Positions 26,488 to 35,283 are shown, counted from the stretch's first letter. The stretch: 64,000 nt of DNA from an uncultured Rickettsiales bacterium (GCA_964620495.1 CAZUHI010000012.1:9018-73017); one strand, 5' to 3'. The notes: a model not told the origin generated them from the sequence alone. A program made the numbers and translations.

Positions 26488-27284
26488 CCCACGAGCCCCT
26501 GGAGGCGGTGGTAGATGGGCGTCGTCGTCGCTTCGCTCTTCGGGTGGAGCGGCCCCGTGATGAAGGGCAGGTACATGTTCCTCCGACGCGACGCGTCGCC
26601 CTCGGCCGTCGCCTGGGCCGTGCGGTGCCACAGCCGCCCGTCGTGGATCGTGAGGTCCCCCTTGCGGGCCGTCACGGCCACCTCACGCGGGTCCGGCCGG
26701 TTGTCGAAGAAGTGGAACTTGGAGAAGAGCATCGGCAGGACGCCCTGCTTGTGGGTGCCCGGGATGACGCGCAGTCCGCCCTTCTCCACCCCCGAGTCGT
26801 CCAGGTAGATGCCGACGTTCAGCATGGGGCCGGGGATGCGGAGGTGCGCGAGGTCCCGCAGGCCGTCCGTGTGCCAGCCGAGCTTCCGGTAGCGCGATCC
26901 CTCGTGGTTGATCCAGTGGTTCACGACCACCCCGTCGGCCTCGATCTCGCCGATGCGCGCGTCGTCCACGATGAGCCGCTTGATGGGCTCGAACCGCGGG
27001 AGGGCGACGAACTCGTGGAAGGCCGGGGCGTAGTGCGACGTGAACGCGAACCGCTGGATGAACGGCGTGCCGTCGGGCCTCCGTCCGTACTTCAGCGGGG
27101 TCCCCATGACCTTCTCGCGCTCCTCGGCGACGAAGCGGGTCTCCAGGGCGTCGAGGGCCTCGATCAGACGGTCGATCTCGTCGACGGACGCGAACTGCCG
27201 AAATCGGATGAACCCGTGTTCGTCGAAGAAGGCCAGCTGCTCGTCGGTGAGGGTCTCGCCAAGGGTGAAGTCGGGTACGTGCAC
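26484..27284 (-). CDS. Phytanoyl-CoA dioxygenase (PhyH) family Fe(II)/2-oxoglutarate oxygenase
   Basis: F.EHGFIRF, WHTD (HxD), GGLRVIPGTH, LWHRT. Confidence 0.8.
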   Translation of the reverse strand: MHVPDFTLGETLTDEQLAFFDEHGFIRFRQFASVDEIDRLIEALDALETRFVAEEREKVMGTPLKYGRRPDGTPFIQRFAFTSHYAPAFHEFVALPRFEPIKRLIVDDARIGEIEADGVVVNHWINHEGSRYRKLGWHTDGLRDLAHLRIPGPMLNVGIYLDDSGVEKGGLRVIPGTHKQGVLPMLFSKFHFFDNRPDPREVAVTARKGDLTIHDGRLWHRTAQATAEGDASRRRNMYLPFITGPLHPKSEATTTPIYHRLQGLVG

Positions 27285-27302
27285 GGGGGTCGCTCCAGAA
27301 GG

Positions 27303-27317
27303 TCAATCGATTGATTG
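27303..27317. promoter_or_regulatory. Palindromic operator-like site 1 (TCAATCGATTGATTG) upstream of the phyH-tetR operon
   Basis: Contains the perfect 12-bp palindrome TCAATCGATTGA. Lies 19-34 nt upstream of the phyH ATG (27284) in a sharply AT-rich island. Confidence 0.5.
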
Positions 27318-27345
27318 ATACTAGAGCGCCGACGCAGAGAGTCAA

Positions 27346-27360
27346 TCAATCAATTGATTG
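27346..27360. promoter_or_regulatory. Palindromic operator-like site 2 (TCAATCAATTGATTG), embedded in (TCAA)n/(TTGG)n tetranucleotide repeats
   Basis: 14/15 identical to site 1, 43 bp away. Contains the perfect 14-bp palindrome CAATCAATTGATTG. Overlaps the stop codon of the upstream acyltransferase gene. Confidence 0.45.
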
Positions 27361-28380
27361 GTTGGTTGGTTGACCAGGCTGATCTTCCCGGAGGCGGACC
27401 CACCGATCGACCTGCGTCCACTGTTCGCCGAGCCACTCGAGGGCCTCTTCGTCGCCCCGTGGGACCTGCTCGGCGGGGATTCGGCGGAAGTCCACGTGGA
27501 TGGTCCGACCCACCAGCCCGCCGGTCCACAGCTGCGCGCGCGAGGTCGCCCACTCGAAGCCCACGTTGCCGGTGATCACCACGTCGGCGTCCGGGGCGGA
27601 CTGCAGGACGGCCAGGCTGCCTCCCTTGCGCGGGGGGAGCACCCGGAGCAGCCGCTCGGCTCGGTCGGCCGCCTCCTCCGCCCCGGCAGCACGCAGCTTC
27701 TCGATCACGCGGGCCCGCTTCGCCGCCGTGAAGCGGGTGCCTTCGGGGTAGAGGATGACCCCCTCGTCCGGCTTCATCTCGCTCACGAGGCGTCGGATGG
27801 CGTCCAGCTGGGCGGCGGTGTCCTTGCCGTCTCGACGCACGAACACGTTCGGGAACCGGTTGCCCACGATGTCCAGGCAGGGGTCCCAGAGGAGCTCCGA
27901 CTTCACGATGTACCGCAGGGCGCGGCCGTTGCGGGTCGAGATCACGGCCGGGGAGACGAGGGTGTCCGCCACCCCGGAGTGCCGCATCAGGAAGAGCAGC
28001 TTGCCGGGGCGCCGCAGGGCCTCCTCGCCGGTCACGACCACGCGCAGCGAGTAGAGGAAGACGATCCATCGGAACAGGCCGTTGCCCCACCAGTAGGTGA
28101 GGCGCATGTTCCAGGCCGCGTAGTCGTCCGGGGAGGGGCGCAGGAGTCGACCGGCGGCCCAGATCAGGCCCGCGCCGACGATCCCGAGCATCTCGTAGAG
28201 GCTGAGGACCCACAGGGCGAGGAACGCGCGCGTCTTCGCGAACCGGAGCTCGCCGGTGAGGAGATCGAAGCCCACGAGCAGGGGCAGCGCGAGGGGCATG
28301 GCCACGGAGGCGAGCACGAGGACCACGGTCGCGCCCGTCACGCTCAGGATCCGCCGGGGGACGGGGCCGGGGATGGCCAT
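27346..28380 (-). CDS. Lysophospholipid (1-acyl-sn-glycerol-3-phosphate) acyltransferase family membrane protein
   Basis: N-terminal TM helices. HSGVAD (HX4D) and YPEGTR acyltransferase motifs. Confidence 0.8.
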   Translation of the reverse strand: MAIPGPVPRRILSVTGATVVLVLASVAMPLALPLLVGFDLLTGELRFAKTRAFLALWVLSLYEMLGIVGAGLIWAAGRLLRPSPDDYAAWNMRLTYWWGNGLFRWIVFLYSLRVVVTGEEALRRPGKLLFLMRHSGVADTLVSPAVISTRNGRALRYIVKSELLWDPCLDIVGNRFPNVFVRRDGKDTAAQLDAIRRLVSEMKPDEGVILYPEGTRFTAAKRARVIEKLRAAGAEEAADRAERLLRVLPPRKGGSLAVLQSAPDADVVITGNVGFEWATSRAQLWTGGLVGRTIHVDFRRIPAEQVPRGDEEALEWLGEQWTQVDRWVRLREDQPGQPTNQSID

Positions 28381-28390
28381 GGGACCTCCT

Positions 28391-28846
28391 TCAGAGAAGG
28401 GCCAGCGTACGCTCCGCGTTGCCCTTCGCCCGCACGTTTCGTGCGTAGGAGGCGATCTTGCCCGCAGGGTCGATGACGACGGTGGTGCGGATCACGCCCA
28501 TCCGCTTCTTGCCGTACATCGTCTTCTCGCCGTACGCGTCGTAGGCCGTGTGGACCCCGAGCTCCTTGTCCGACAGCAGGGGGAAGTTCAGGTCGTACTT
28601 CGCGATGAAGTTGCCGTGGCTCTTGAGCGAGTCCTTCGAGACCCCGAGCACCACGGCGTCCTTCGCGGCCAGCTGGGCTTGGCGGTCGCGGAAGTCGCAG
28701 GCCTGGGTGGTGCACCCGGGCGTGCTGTCCTTGGGATAGAAGTACAAGACCACGGTCTTGCCGCGCAGGGCGGACAGGGTGACGTCGCCGCCGTCGGAGG
28801 AGGGGAGGGTGAAGTCGGGGGCGGGGTCGCCGACCTGGAGGGGCAT
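28391..28846 (-). CDS. bcp: Thioredoxin-dependent peroxiredoxin Bcp
   Basis: 151 aa. VLYFYPKDSTPGCTTQAC with the peroxidatic and resolving Cys pair. Confidence 0.9.
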   Translation of the reverse strand: MPLQVGDPAPDFTLPSSDGGDVTLSALRGKTVVLYFYPKDSTPGCTTQACDFRDRQAQLAAKDAVVLGVSKDSLKSHGNFIAKYDLNFPLLSDKELGVHTAYDAYGEKTMYGKKRMGVIRTTVVIDPAGKIASYARNVRAKGNAERTLALL

Positions 28847-28906
28847 CGGGGGCTCCGGGGTGATGGTCGTCGGGTGGGCCGAGGCGCCGGAGGCTAACAT
28901 GCAGGC

Positions 28907-29872
28907 ATGAGGGCCCCGGTGCTGGACATGGACCGACTGGACGGCGTGCCGTTCCCGGTCACGACGCGGTCCGAGCTTCGCCGCGCGGGCATGGTCGCGG
29001 CGGAGGCCTTGGGCCGAAAGCTGATCGTGCTGTGGAACGGTGGATCGCCGCGGGTCTTCGAGGACTCCTGCGCCCACCTGGGGCTGCCCCTCAGCCTCGG
29101 CACCGCTCACGCCGACCGCGTCGAGTGCCGGTACCACGGCTGGGCCTTCTCGTCGGACGACGGGGAGGTGCTCGAGCAGCCCACGCTGCGCAAGCCTCAG
29201 GCGTGTCGTCTGCGGCGGTGGGGCGCGCTCACGGCGGGCCGGCTGGTCTTCGCCTGGCGCGGGGATCCCGACGCCGTGGAGGCGGCGCGCGCGCGTCTGC
29301 CCGAGGAGATCGCCGACGACGTGTCCATCCACCGAGTGGTCATGGACTGCCCCTTCTACCTCGCGCTCTTCAACGCCGTGGACTACGCCCACTTCGCGTT
29401 TCACCGCATGTACAGCCCCGTCTACGCGGCCTACCGGCGGGTGAGGAAGGACGCGCACATCCCCGGGCGCCCGTTCACCTGGAAGGTCACGGGCGAGGAC
29501 GAACGGGCCGTCTCCATCCGCCTCGAGGAGGCCGCCCGGGACCTCAAGATGTACGTCACCTGCGCCGAGTTCATCGACGACGGGGGCGTGAACCAGTTCC
29601 AGACGTTCGTCACCCCGCTCGGCCCCGCCAGGACCCTCTACTGGGAGGTCTACCGCGCGCGCACCCACAACCCCGTCGTGCGGCTCGCCGCTCACGCCGC
29701 GTTTCGGGCGGTCGTCGTCCCGCTCCTCGACACCGAGGACCGCGAATGGACCGGTCGATCCACCCCCGCCTTCCTGCGCGGTGAGAACATCCACCTCAGC
29801 GCGACGGACGTGCCCCTCGGGGCTCACCTCCGCAAGTTCGTCCTGCCCGCCATGCAGGGAGCGTCCCCATGA
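28907..29872 (+). CDS. Rieske [2Fe-2S] domain oxygenase-like protein (paralog 1)
   Basis: CAH-x16-CRYH Rieske motif. DYAHFAFH putative mononuclear-iron ligands. Confidence 0.8.
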   Translation: MRAPVLDMDRLDGVPFPVTTRSELRRAGMVAAEALGRKLIVLWNGGSPRVFEDSCAHLGLPLSLGTAHADRVECRYHGWAFSSDDGEVLEQPTLRKPQACRLRRWGALTAGRLVFAWRGDPDAVEAARARLPEEIADDVSIHRVVMDCPFYLALFNAVDYAHFAFHRMYSPVYAAYRRVRKDAHIPGRPFTWKVTGEDERAVSIRLEEAARDLKMYVTCAEFIDDGGVNQFQTFVTPLGPARTLYWEVYRARTHNPVVRLAAHAAFRAVVVPLLDTEDREWTGRSTPAFLRGENIHLSATDVPLGAHLRKFVLPAMQGASP

Positions 29873-30882
29873 AGCTGCCCCCCCTCGACCTCGACGCCCT
29901 CGGCGACCTCCCGTTTCCGGTGGCCCACGTCCCCGAGCTCCGTCGCAAGGGCCGCACGACCATCGAGGCGATGGGTCGGTCCCTGCTGGTCCTGTGGAAC
30001 GGCGGCGACCCGAAGGTGTACGACGACGCGTGCCCCCACCTCGGCCTGCCGCTCTCCCTCGGCAACCTCCGACGCGGGGGCGAGCAGGTCCAGTGCCGCT
30101 ATCACGGGTGGACCTTCTCGTCGGCGACGGGTCAGGTGGTGGAGCAGCCCACGCTGCGCAAGGAGCTGCCCTGCAAGCTGCGGCGCCGCGGGGCGTTGAT
30201 GCTGGGGGACCTCGTGTTCTCGTGGATGGGCGATCCCGACGCCGTCGAGCAGGCGCGCGCGCTGCTGCCGGACCCGGTCATCTCCGGTTTCTCGCTGTTC
30301 CGCGTGGTCTTCGACTCGCCGTTCTACATGTCGCTCTTCAGCTCCGTGGACTACGCGCACTTCCCGTACCACACGGGCTACCGCGCGCTCTACAAGGTGT
30401 ACGGGGCCCTCGGTCGGAGCAACGATCACGCCCCCGGGACAGCCTTCCCCAGCAGGGTCGTCGCGGAGGACGACCGCCGCGTCACCCTCCGCATCGAGAA
30501 CGCCGAGCGCACCATCCACATGTACGCGACCGCCTCCGAGATGGACGACGAGGGCATCAACTTCTTCCAGACGTACGTCACGCCCATCTCGCCCATGAAG
30601 ACGCTCTACTGGGAGTGTTACAAGCCGCGGACGGACTCCCTCGTCCTGCGCACGCTCGCGAAGTCGGCGTTCCGCCTGGTGACGACCCGGCTCCTGCGCC
30701 ACGAGGATCACCTGTGGACCGGCCGGGCGGCCCCGAACTTCGTCGCCGGCGACAACATCCACCTCTCCGAGAACGACGCCCCCATGGGCGCGCACCTCCG
30801 CAAGTTCGTGCTCCCCCGACTGCGCACCCCTCGGTCGGTCACGCGCAGCGACGGCCCCGAGCTGAAGCCGGTCGTGGCGTGA
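29869..30882 (+). CDS. Rieske [2Fe-2S] domain oxygenase-like protein (paralog 2)
   Basis: CPH-x18-CRYH, DYAHFPYH. By eye roughly half identical to the upstream paralog. ATGA overlap. Confidence 0.8.
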   Translation: MKLPPLDLDALGDLPFPVAHVPELRRKGRTTIEAMGRSLLVLWNGGDPKVYDDACPHLGLPLSLGNLRRGGEQVQCRYHGWTFSSATGQVVEQPTLRKELPCKLRRRGALMLGDLVFSWMGDPDAVEQARALLPDPVISGFSLFRVVFDSPFYMSLFSSVDYAHFPYHTGYRALYKVYGALGRSNDHAPGTAFPSRVVAEDDRRVTLRIENAERTIHMYATASEMDDEGINFFQTYVTPISPMKTLYWECYKPRTDSLVLRTLAKSAFRLVTTRLLRHEDHLWTGRAAPNFVAGDNIHLSENDAPMGAHLRKFVLPRLRTPRSVTRSDGPELKPVVA

Positions 30883-30929
30883 CCGCGGACCCCGGGCGCC
30901 GCCCCACGGACAGGTAACCTCTCGGGGGC

Positions 30930-33900
30930 ATGACGGCCCCGATCCCGCTCGGCGAGTTCGACCTCCTGGAGCCCCTCGGGCGAGGTGGGATGGCGGAGGT
31001 CTGGTCCGCCGTCCACCGCCCGCACGGGGCGAAGGTCGCGGTCAAGGTCGTCACCGAAGCCCTGGCGCGCGACCCCGGCGCGGTGGCCGCCTTCCGCGAA
31101 GAGGTGCGGGCGGTGGCGCGGCTCGACCACCCCGGGGTGGTCCTGGTGCTCGACTGCGGCGAGGTGACGCCCGAGGCCGAGGCCGCCTCCGACGGGCGCC
31201 TGGTGGCGGGGAGCCCGTTCCTGGCGATGGAGCTGCTGCGCGGGGGGACGCTCTCGGATCGCGCGGAGGGGCTCCGCTGGTCGGGCGTGAAGGCGATCCT
31301 GAGGAGCCTGCTCGAGGCCCTCGGCCACGCTCACGCGCGCGGCGTCCTGCACCGCGACATCAAGCCCACCAACGTGCTGTTCGCCGGTCCGGGGGCGCGG
31401 AGGCCGGGCCTGCGGCTGACGGACTTCGGGCTCGCCCGCGCGTTCGCGGGGGAGGGGATCGACGCAGCGGCCGCCCTCCAGACGTCGTCCGGCATCGAGG
31501 ATCAGGACGACGTCGCGGGGTCGCCTTACTACATGGCCCCGGAGGCGCTCGCGGGGCGGACCTGGGCGGAGGGCCCTTGGACGGACCTCTATGCCCTGGG
31601 CTGCGTGGCCTACGAGCTGGTCTGCGGCCGACGTCCGTTCGGCGGGGCGGACATCGCGGGGCTCGTCTTCGCCCACCTGCAGCGCCCTCCGCGGCCCTTC
31701 CAGCCTCGGTTCCAGGTCCCCGCAGGCCTCGCTCGCTGGATCGCGGTGCTGCTCGCCAAGGACCCGTCTCGGAGGCCCCCGACCGCCGCTCACGTCCTCC
31801 GCGCGCTGGACACCCTCGGCCGCCCCGCCGTGGGCCGCCTCCCCCTGCCCGAGCGCTGGCGACTGGAGGAGCGGAGCCACCCGCCGTCCGTGAGGCTGGT
31901 GGGGGCGGGCCTTCGACTGTTCGGGTTTCGACGGCCCGCCGTGGTCGCCCGCGACGCCGAGCGCGACGTCCTCTGGAGCGCGCTGCGAGACGTGGTGGAG
32001 GGGGGAGGGCCTCGCGTCGTGCTGATCGAGGGGGAGGCGGGCCTCGGGAAGACCCGCCTGGCGACCTGGGTCGCCGACCGCGCCGTCGAGCTGGGCGGCG
32101 CCGAGCGCTGGGTGCTCAGCGGGAGGGACCCCACAGCGGCCCACGACCTCGACGACCTGGTTCGCGAGCACCTCGCCTGCGTCGACCTGGACCCGCCCGC
32201 CACGCGTGACCTCCTCCGGGACCGCGCCGACCTGGACGACGACGACCGGGCCTCCCTCGGCGCCCTGCTGGGCCTCGAGCCCGACGAGGACCTCACGCCG
32301 GTGCGGCTCGGGGGGCCCCGGGAACGCTGCGCCGTCGTGCGCCGACTCCTCGCGCGCCGGGCGCGGCGCCGGTTGGTCGTCGTCGTGCTCGAGGACCTCC
32401 ACCGGGGCGGGGACGCCGCCCACCTCTTCGAGCACCTGGGCCGCGCCTCGCCGGGATCGATCGGGTCCGTGCTCGTGGTCGGGACCGTCCGGCCGGAGGC
32501 CCTCGCCGAGGCCGCCCCGGTCCTCATCGAGCAGGCGCGAGGGACCCGCCGAGTGCGCTTCCTGACCCTCTCGCCGATGCCTCGAGCGGACGTCGTCCGC
32601 ATGCTCCGAGAGTCCCCCGTGCTCGACCCCGCCACGGCGGAGCTCGTGGCCTCCCGCTCGGGCGGGAACCCCATGTTCGCGACGTCGCTCGTGCGGTCCT
32701 GGATCGAGTCGGGCTCGCTGCGACCGGGTCGAGGAGGCTTCCGCCTGAGCGCCGCGACGGCCGAACGCATCCCCGACGACGTCCACAGCGTGTGGCTGGA
32801 GCGGCTCGCCCGGCTCCTCGATCCCGATCCCGACGGGGCGCAGCTGCAGTGCCTCGAGGTCGCGGCCGCCCTCGGGGCCCGGGTGGACGCGTTCGAGTGG
32901 AGCGACGCCTGTCGCCGGGCGGGGCTGCGCGCGGATCCCCACCTCATCGACCGCCTCGCCGCCCGGGACGTGGTCGTGCCCACGGAGGCGGGCTGGGCGT
33001 TTCGGGGGGACATGCTCCGGCGCAGCCTCCGCCGGTCCGCGCGGGACGAGGGGCGGGAGCGGTCCTCCCACGCCGCGGCCGCCGCCTCGCTCCGGGCTCG
33101 GCTGAGTCCCCACGACCCCGCCGGACCACGCCGCATCGGGATCCTCGAGCTCCGCGCCGGCGAGCTCCAGCGAGCCGAGGCCCACCTCGCCCTCGGCGCC
33201 GCGCACGCCGCGAACCGGTCGGAGCACCGGTCGGTGCTGGAGCAGGTCGCCCTCCGCGGGCGCGCCCTCGACGGCTTGGAGGTCCCCCCGGCCGACCCGC
33301 GTCGCCTCGAGACCTCGATCGCGGGGGCTCGCGCGTACCTCGCCCTGGGTCGCCTGGACGACGCCGACCGCGCCGCCGAGAAGGTGAGCGGCGCGGCGCG
33401 GGGCGAGGAGGCCGTCCCCGTGCTCGTGGCTGCCCTGGGGATCCGCGCCGAGGTCCTCAGACTCCGAGGCGAGGTCGACGCCTGCGCCGCCCTCCTCGAG
33501 CGCGGCCTGGATCTGTGCCCGGTCGACGCGCCCCGCGAGCGGGCCGGCCTCCTGCGGCTGCTGGCGGTCCATCACCGGCGGCGCGGCGAGACGGCCCTGG
33601 CCCGTCGGCTCCTGGACGAGGCCGCGCGGCTCTTCGAGGCCCTCCAGGACGCGGGCGAGCTGCTCGACGTGCGCCTCGCCGCGGCCCTGGTGGCCGAGGC
33701 CGACGGACGCTTCGACGACGCCTACGACGGGTTCGCGGCCCTGCTCCCCGCCTACGCAGCCCGGGGCGACCGGGGCCGTCGGGCGACGGTGCTCGGCGGG
33801 CTCGGCTCCGTGGCCTACGCGTTCGAGCGCTGGGGCGAGGCCGAAGAGCACTTTCGTGCTTCGTGGCGCCTGGCCGAGGCCGCCGGGCTCCCCATGGCGC

Positions 33901-34322
33901 CCCTCGCCGGCTTGAACGTCGCGCTCACGGTCATCCGCCGCCGCCGCTTCGACGACCTCCCGGACCTCCTCGAGGCGGTCGGGCGGCTGATGTCGCCCCG
34001 CAGCCATCGTCCGTGGCTCGCGCTGCTGGAGGTGTACCGGCTCGTGGCCGCGGCCGCGCAGGGGGACGACGAGGGCTGGGATCGGTCGATCGAGGCGACG
34101 CGGGCGGAGCTCGGGGTGCTCACGGGATCCCCCGAAGATCCCGCGATCGCGGCCGAGACGGCAGGAGCTCTGGCCGAGCGACGGGGGCGCTTGATCCGGG
34201 CGGCGGATGCCTTCCAGTTGGCCTCGGAGCTCTACGGCCGCTTGGGGACGGCGGGCGCGGGGCGGGCCGCCGCGGCGAAGTCCCGGGCCCGGGAGCTCCG
34301 GTCGGTCACGGACCCCGGTTGA
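30930..34322 (+). CDS. Ser/Thr protein kinase fused to a STAND/AAA ATPase and C-terminal TPR-like repeats
   Basis: GRGGMAEVW, VAVKVV, HRDIKPTNVLF, DFGLA. Walker A GEAGLGKTRL, Walker B LVVVVLEDLH. Long Ala/Leu/Arg-rich helical repeat C-terminus. Confidence 0.85.
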   Translation: MTAPIPLGEFDLLEPLGRGGMAEVWSAVHRPHGAKVAVKVVTEALARDPGAVAAFREEVRAVARLDHPGVVLVLDCGEVTPEAEAASDGRLVAGSPFLAMELLRGGTLSDRAEGLRWSGVKAILRSLLEALGHAHARGVLHRDIKPTNVLFAGPGARRPGLRLTDFGLARAFAGEGIDAAAALQTSSGIEDQDDVAGSPYYMAPEALAGRTWAEGPWTDLYALGCVAYELVCGRRPFGGADIAGLVFAHLQRPPRPFQPRFQVPAGLARWIAVLLAKDPSRRPPTAAHVLRALDTLGRPAVGRLPLPERWRLEERSHPPSVRLVGAGLRLFGFRRPAVVARDAERDVLWSALRDVVEGGGPRVVLIEGEAGLGKTRLATWVADRAVELGGAERWVLSGRDPTAAHDLDDLVREHLACVDLDPPATRDLLRDRADLDDDDRASLGALLGLEPDEDLTPVRLGGPRERCAVVRRLLARRARRRLVVVVLEDLHRGGDAAHLFEHLGRASPGSIGSVLVVGTVRPEALAEAAPVLIEQARGTRRVRFLTLSPMPRADVVRMLRESPVLDPATAELVASRSGGNPMFATSLVRSWIESGSLRPGRGGFRLSAATAERIPDDVHSVWLERLARLLDPDPDGAQLQCLEVAAALGARVDAFEWSDACRRAGLRADPHLIDRLAARDVVVPTEAGWAFRGDMLRRSLRRSARDEGRERSSHAAAAASLRARLSPHDPAGPRRIGILELRAGELQRAEAHLALGAAHAANRSEHRSVLEQVALRGRALDGLEVPPADPRRLETSIAGARAYLALGRLDDADRAAEKVSGAARGEEAVPVLVAALGIRAEVLRLRGEVDACAALLERGLDLCPVDAPRERAGLLRLLAVHHRRRGETALARRLLDEAARLFEALQDAGELLDVRLAAALVAEADGRFDDAYDGFAALLPAYAARGDRGRRATVLGGLGSVAYAFERWGEAEEHFRASWRLAEAAGLPMAPLAGLNVALTVIRRRRFDDLPDLLEAVGRLMSPRSHRPWLALLEVYRLVAAAAQGDDEGWDRSIEATRAELGVLTGSPEDPAIAAETAGALAERRGRLIRAADAFQLASELYGRLGTAGAGRAAAAKSRARELRSVTDPG

Positions 34323-35181
34323 GGGCGGCCAGCTCCTCCTGAATGGCGGCCAGCTGCTCGCCCAGCGCCTCGAGGCGCGCGCCGAGGTCGTCCTCCGCCT
34401 CCTCGCGCGCCGCGGCGAGGGCCGCCGCCGCCAGCTCCTCCTTCGCCTCGTCCATCCCGGTCATGATCACGCCGATGAAGAGGTTCAGGATGACCATGGT
34501 CGCCATCAAGACGAACGAGCTGAAGAACGCGGCGGCCCACCAACCGAACCCCGTCGACGCCGTGCAGAGCGCCTCGTTGCCGTCGTAGCCGTAGTTCTCG
34601 CATCCGTACATATTTATGTACATGATGTCCGTCCAGTCCTCGAGCGTCGCTACCCGGAACATGCTCAGGAGGCCCGTCTGCAGGTCGGGGAAGTGGATCG
34701 GGTCGTTCGGCCCGAACGAGAACACCGCGAGGACGGCGTACAGGTAGAAGAGCAGGAACAGCAGGATCGAGATGTAGAACATCGACGGGATGGACTTCAG
34801 GAGCGCGGTCACGATGATCTGCAGCTCGGGCAGCGCCCGCACGAGCTTGAGGACCCGCAGCAAGCGCGCGAGCCGCAGGACCGCGACCATGCTGCCGCCG
34901 AACGGCATGAAGCAGACGGCGACGATCACGAAGTCGAAGACGTTCCAGGGGTCCAGGAAGTAGCGCCAGGGGCGTCGTCCCTCCGCTCCCATCTTGATCA
35001 CGACCTCGACGACGAAGATCCACAGGATCGCCGCGTCCAGGCCGTGGATTAGTCGGGCGTGGCGCGCGGTGAAGTCCTCGTACGTCTGGATGCCGACGAT
35101 GACGCCGGCGGCGAGGATCACCCCGATGATGAAGTTCTGAAACCACGTCGCGTCCGCGATGGAGCGCAGGAAACCGGTCAT
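34306..35181 (-). CDS. Voltage-gated cation channel of the bacterial NaChBac/BacNav family
   Basis: S4 with R/K at every third position (RLARLLRVLKLVR). Pore FRVATLEDWTD, S6 ILNLFIGVIM, C-terminal coiled coil. Start at MTGFL is preceded by GGAGG. The ORF-track start at 35214 is less likely. Confidence 0.85.
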   Translation of the reverse strand: MTGFLRSIADATWFQNFIIGVILAAGVIVGIQTYEDFTARHARLIHGLDAAILWIFVVEVVIKMGAEGRRPWRYFLDPWNVFDFVIVAVCFMPFGGSMVAVLRLARLLRVLKLVRALPELQIIVTALLKSIPSMFYISILLFLLFYLYAVLAVFSFGPNDPIHFPDLQTGLLSMFRVATLEDWTDIMYINMYGCENYGYDGNEALCTASTGFGWWAAAFFSSFVLMATMVILNLFIGVIMTGMDEAKEELAAAALAAAREEAEDDLGARLEALGEQLAAIQEELAALNRGP

Positions 35182-35283
35182 CTGTCCTCCGGGCCGGAGG
35201 CGACTTAAGCGCACAGGAAGACACCGCGCAAACGCGCCCCGGGTTGGCCGAAGGGCGCCGCGTCGCTGCTAGAGTCCGCCGCC

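Noticed and set aside
30708-34007. 1099-aa minus-strand ORF opposite the kinase-STAND-TPR gene, and a 1462-aa plus-strand ORF (46377-50765) opposite the SNF2 helicase.
   Set aside because: The sequences are low-complexity and R/G/P/E-rich. The opposite strand carries unmistakable kinase/Walker and SNF2 helicase motifs, so these are antisense artefacts.
34606-34621. AT-rich palindrome GTACATATTTATGTAC that looked like a regulatory site.
   Set aside because: It lies inside the channel gene and simply encodes the peptide M-Y-I-N-M-Y (ATG TAC ATA AAT ATG TAC on the coding strand). The symmetry follows from the repeated Met-Tyr codons.
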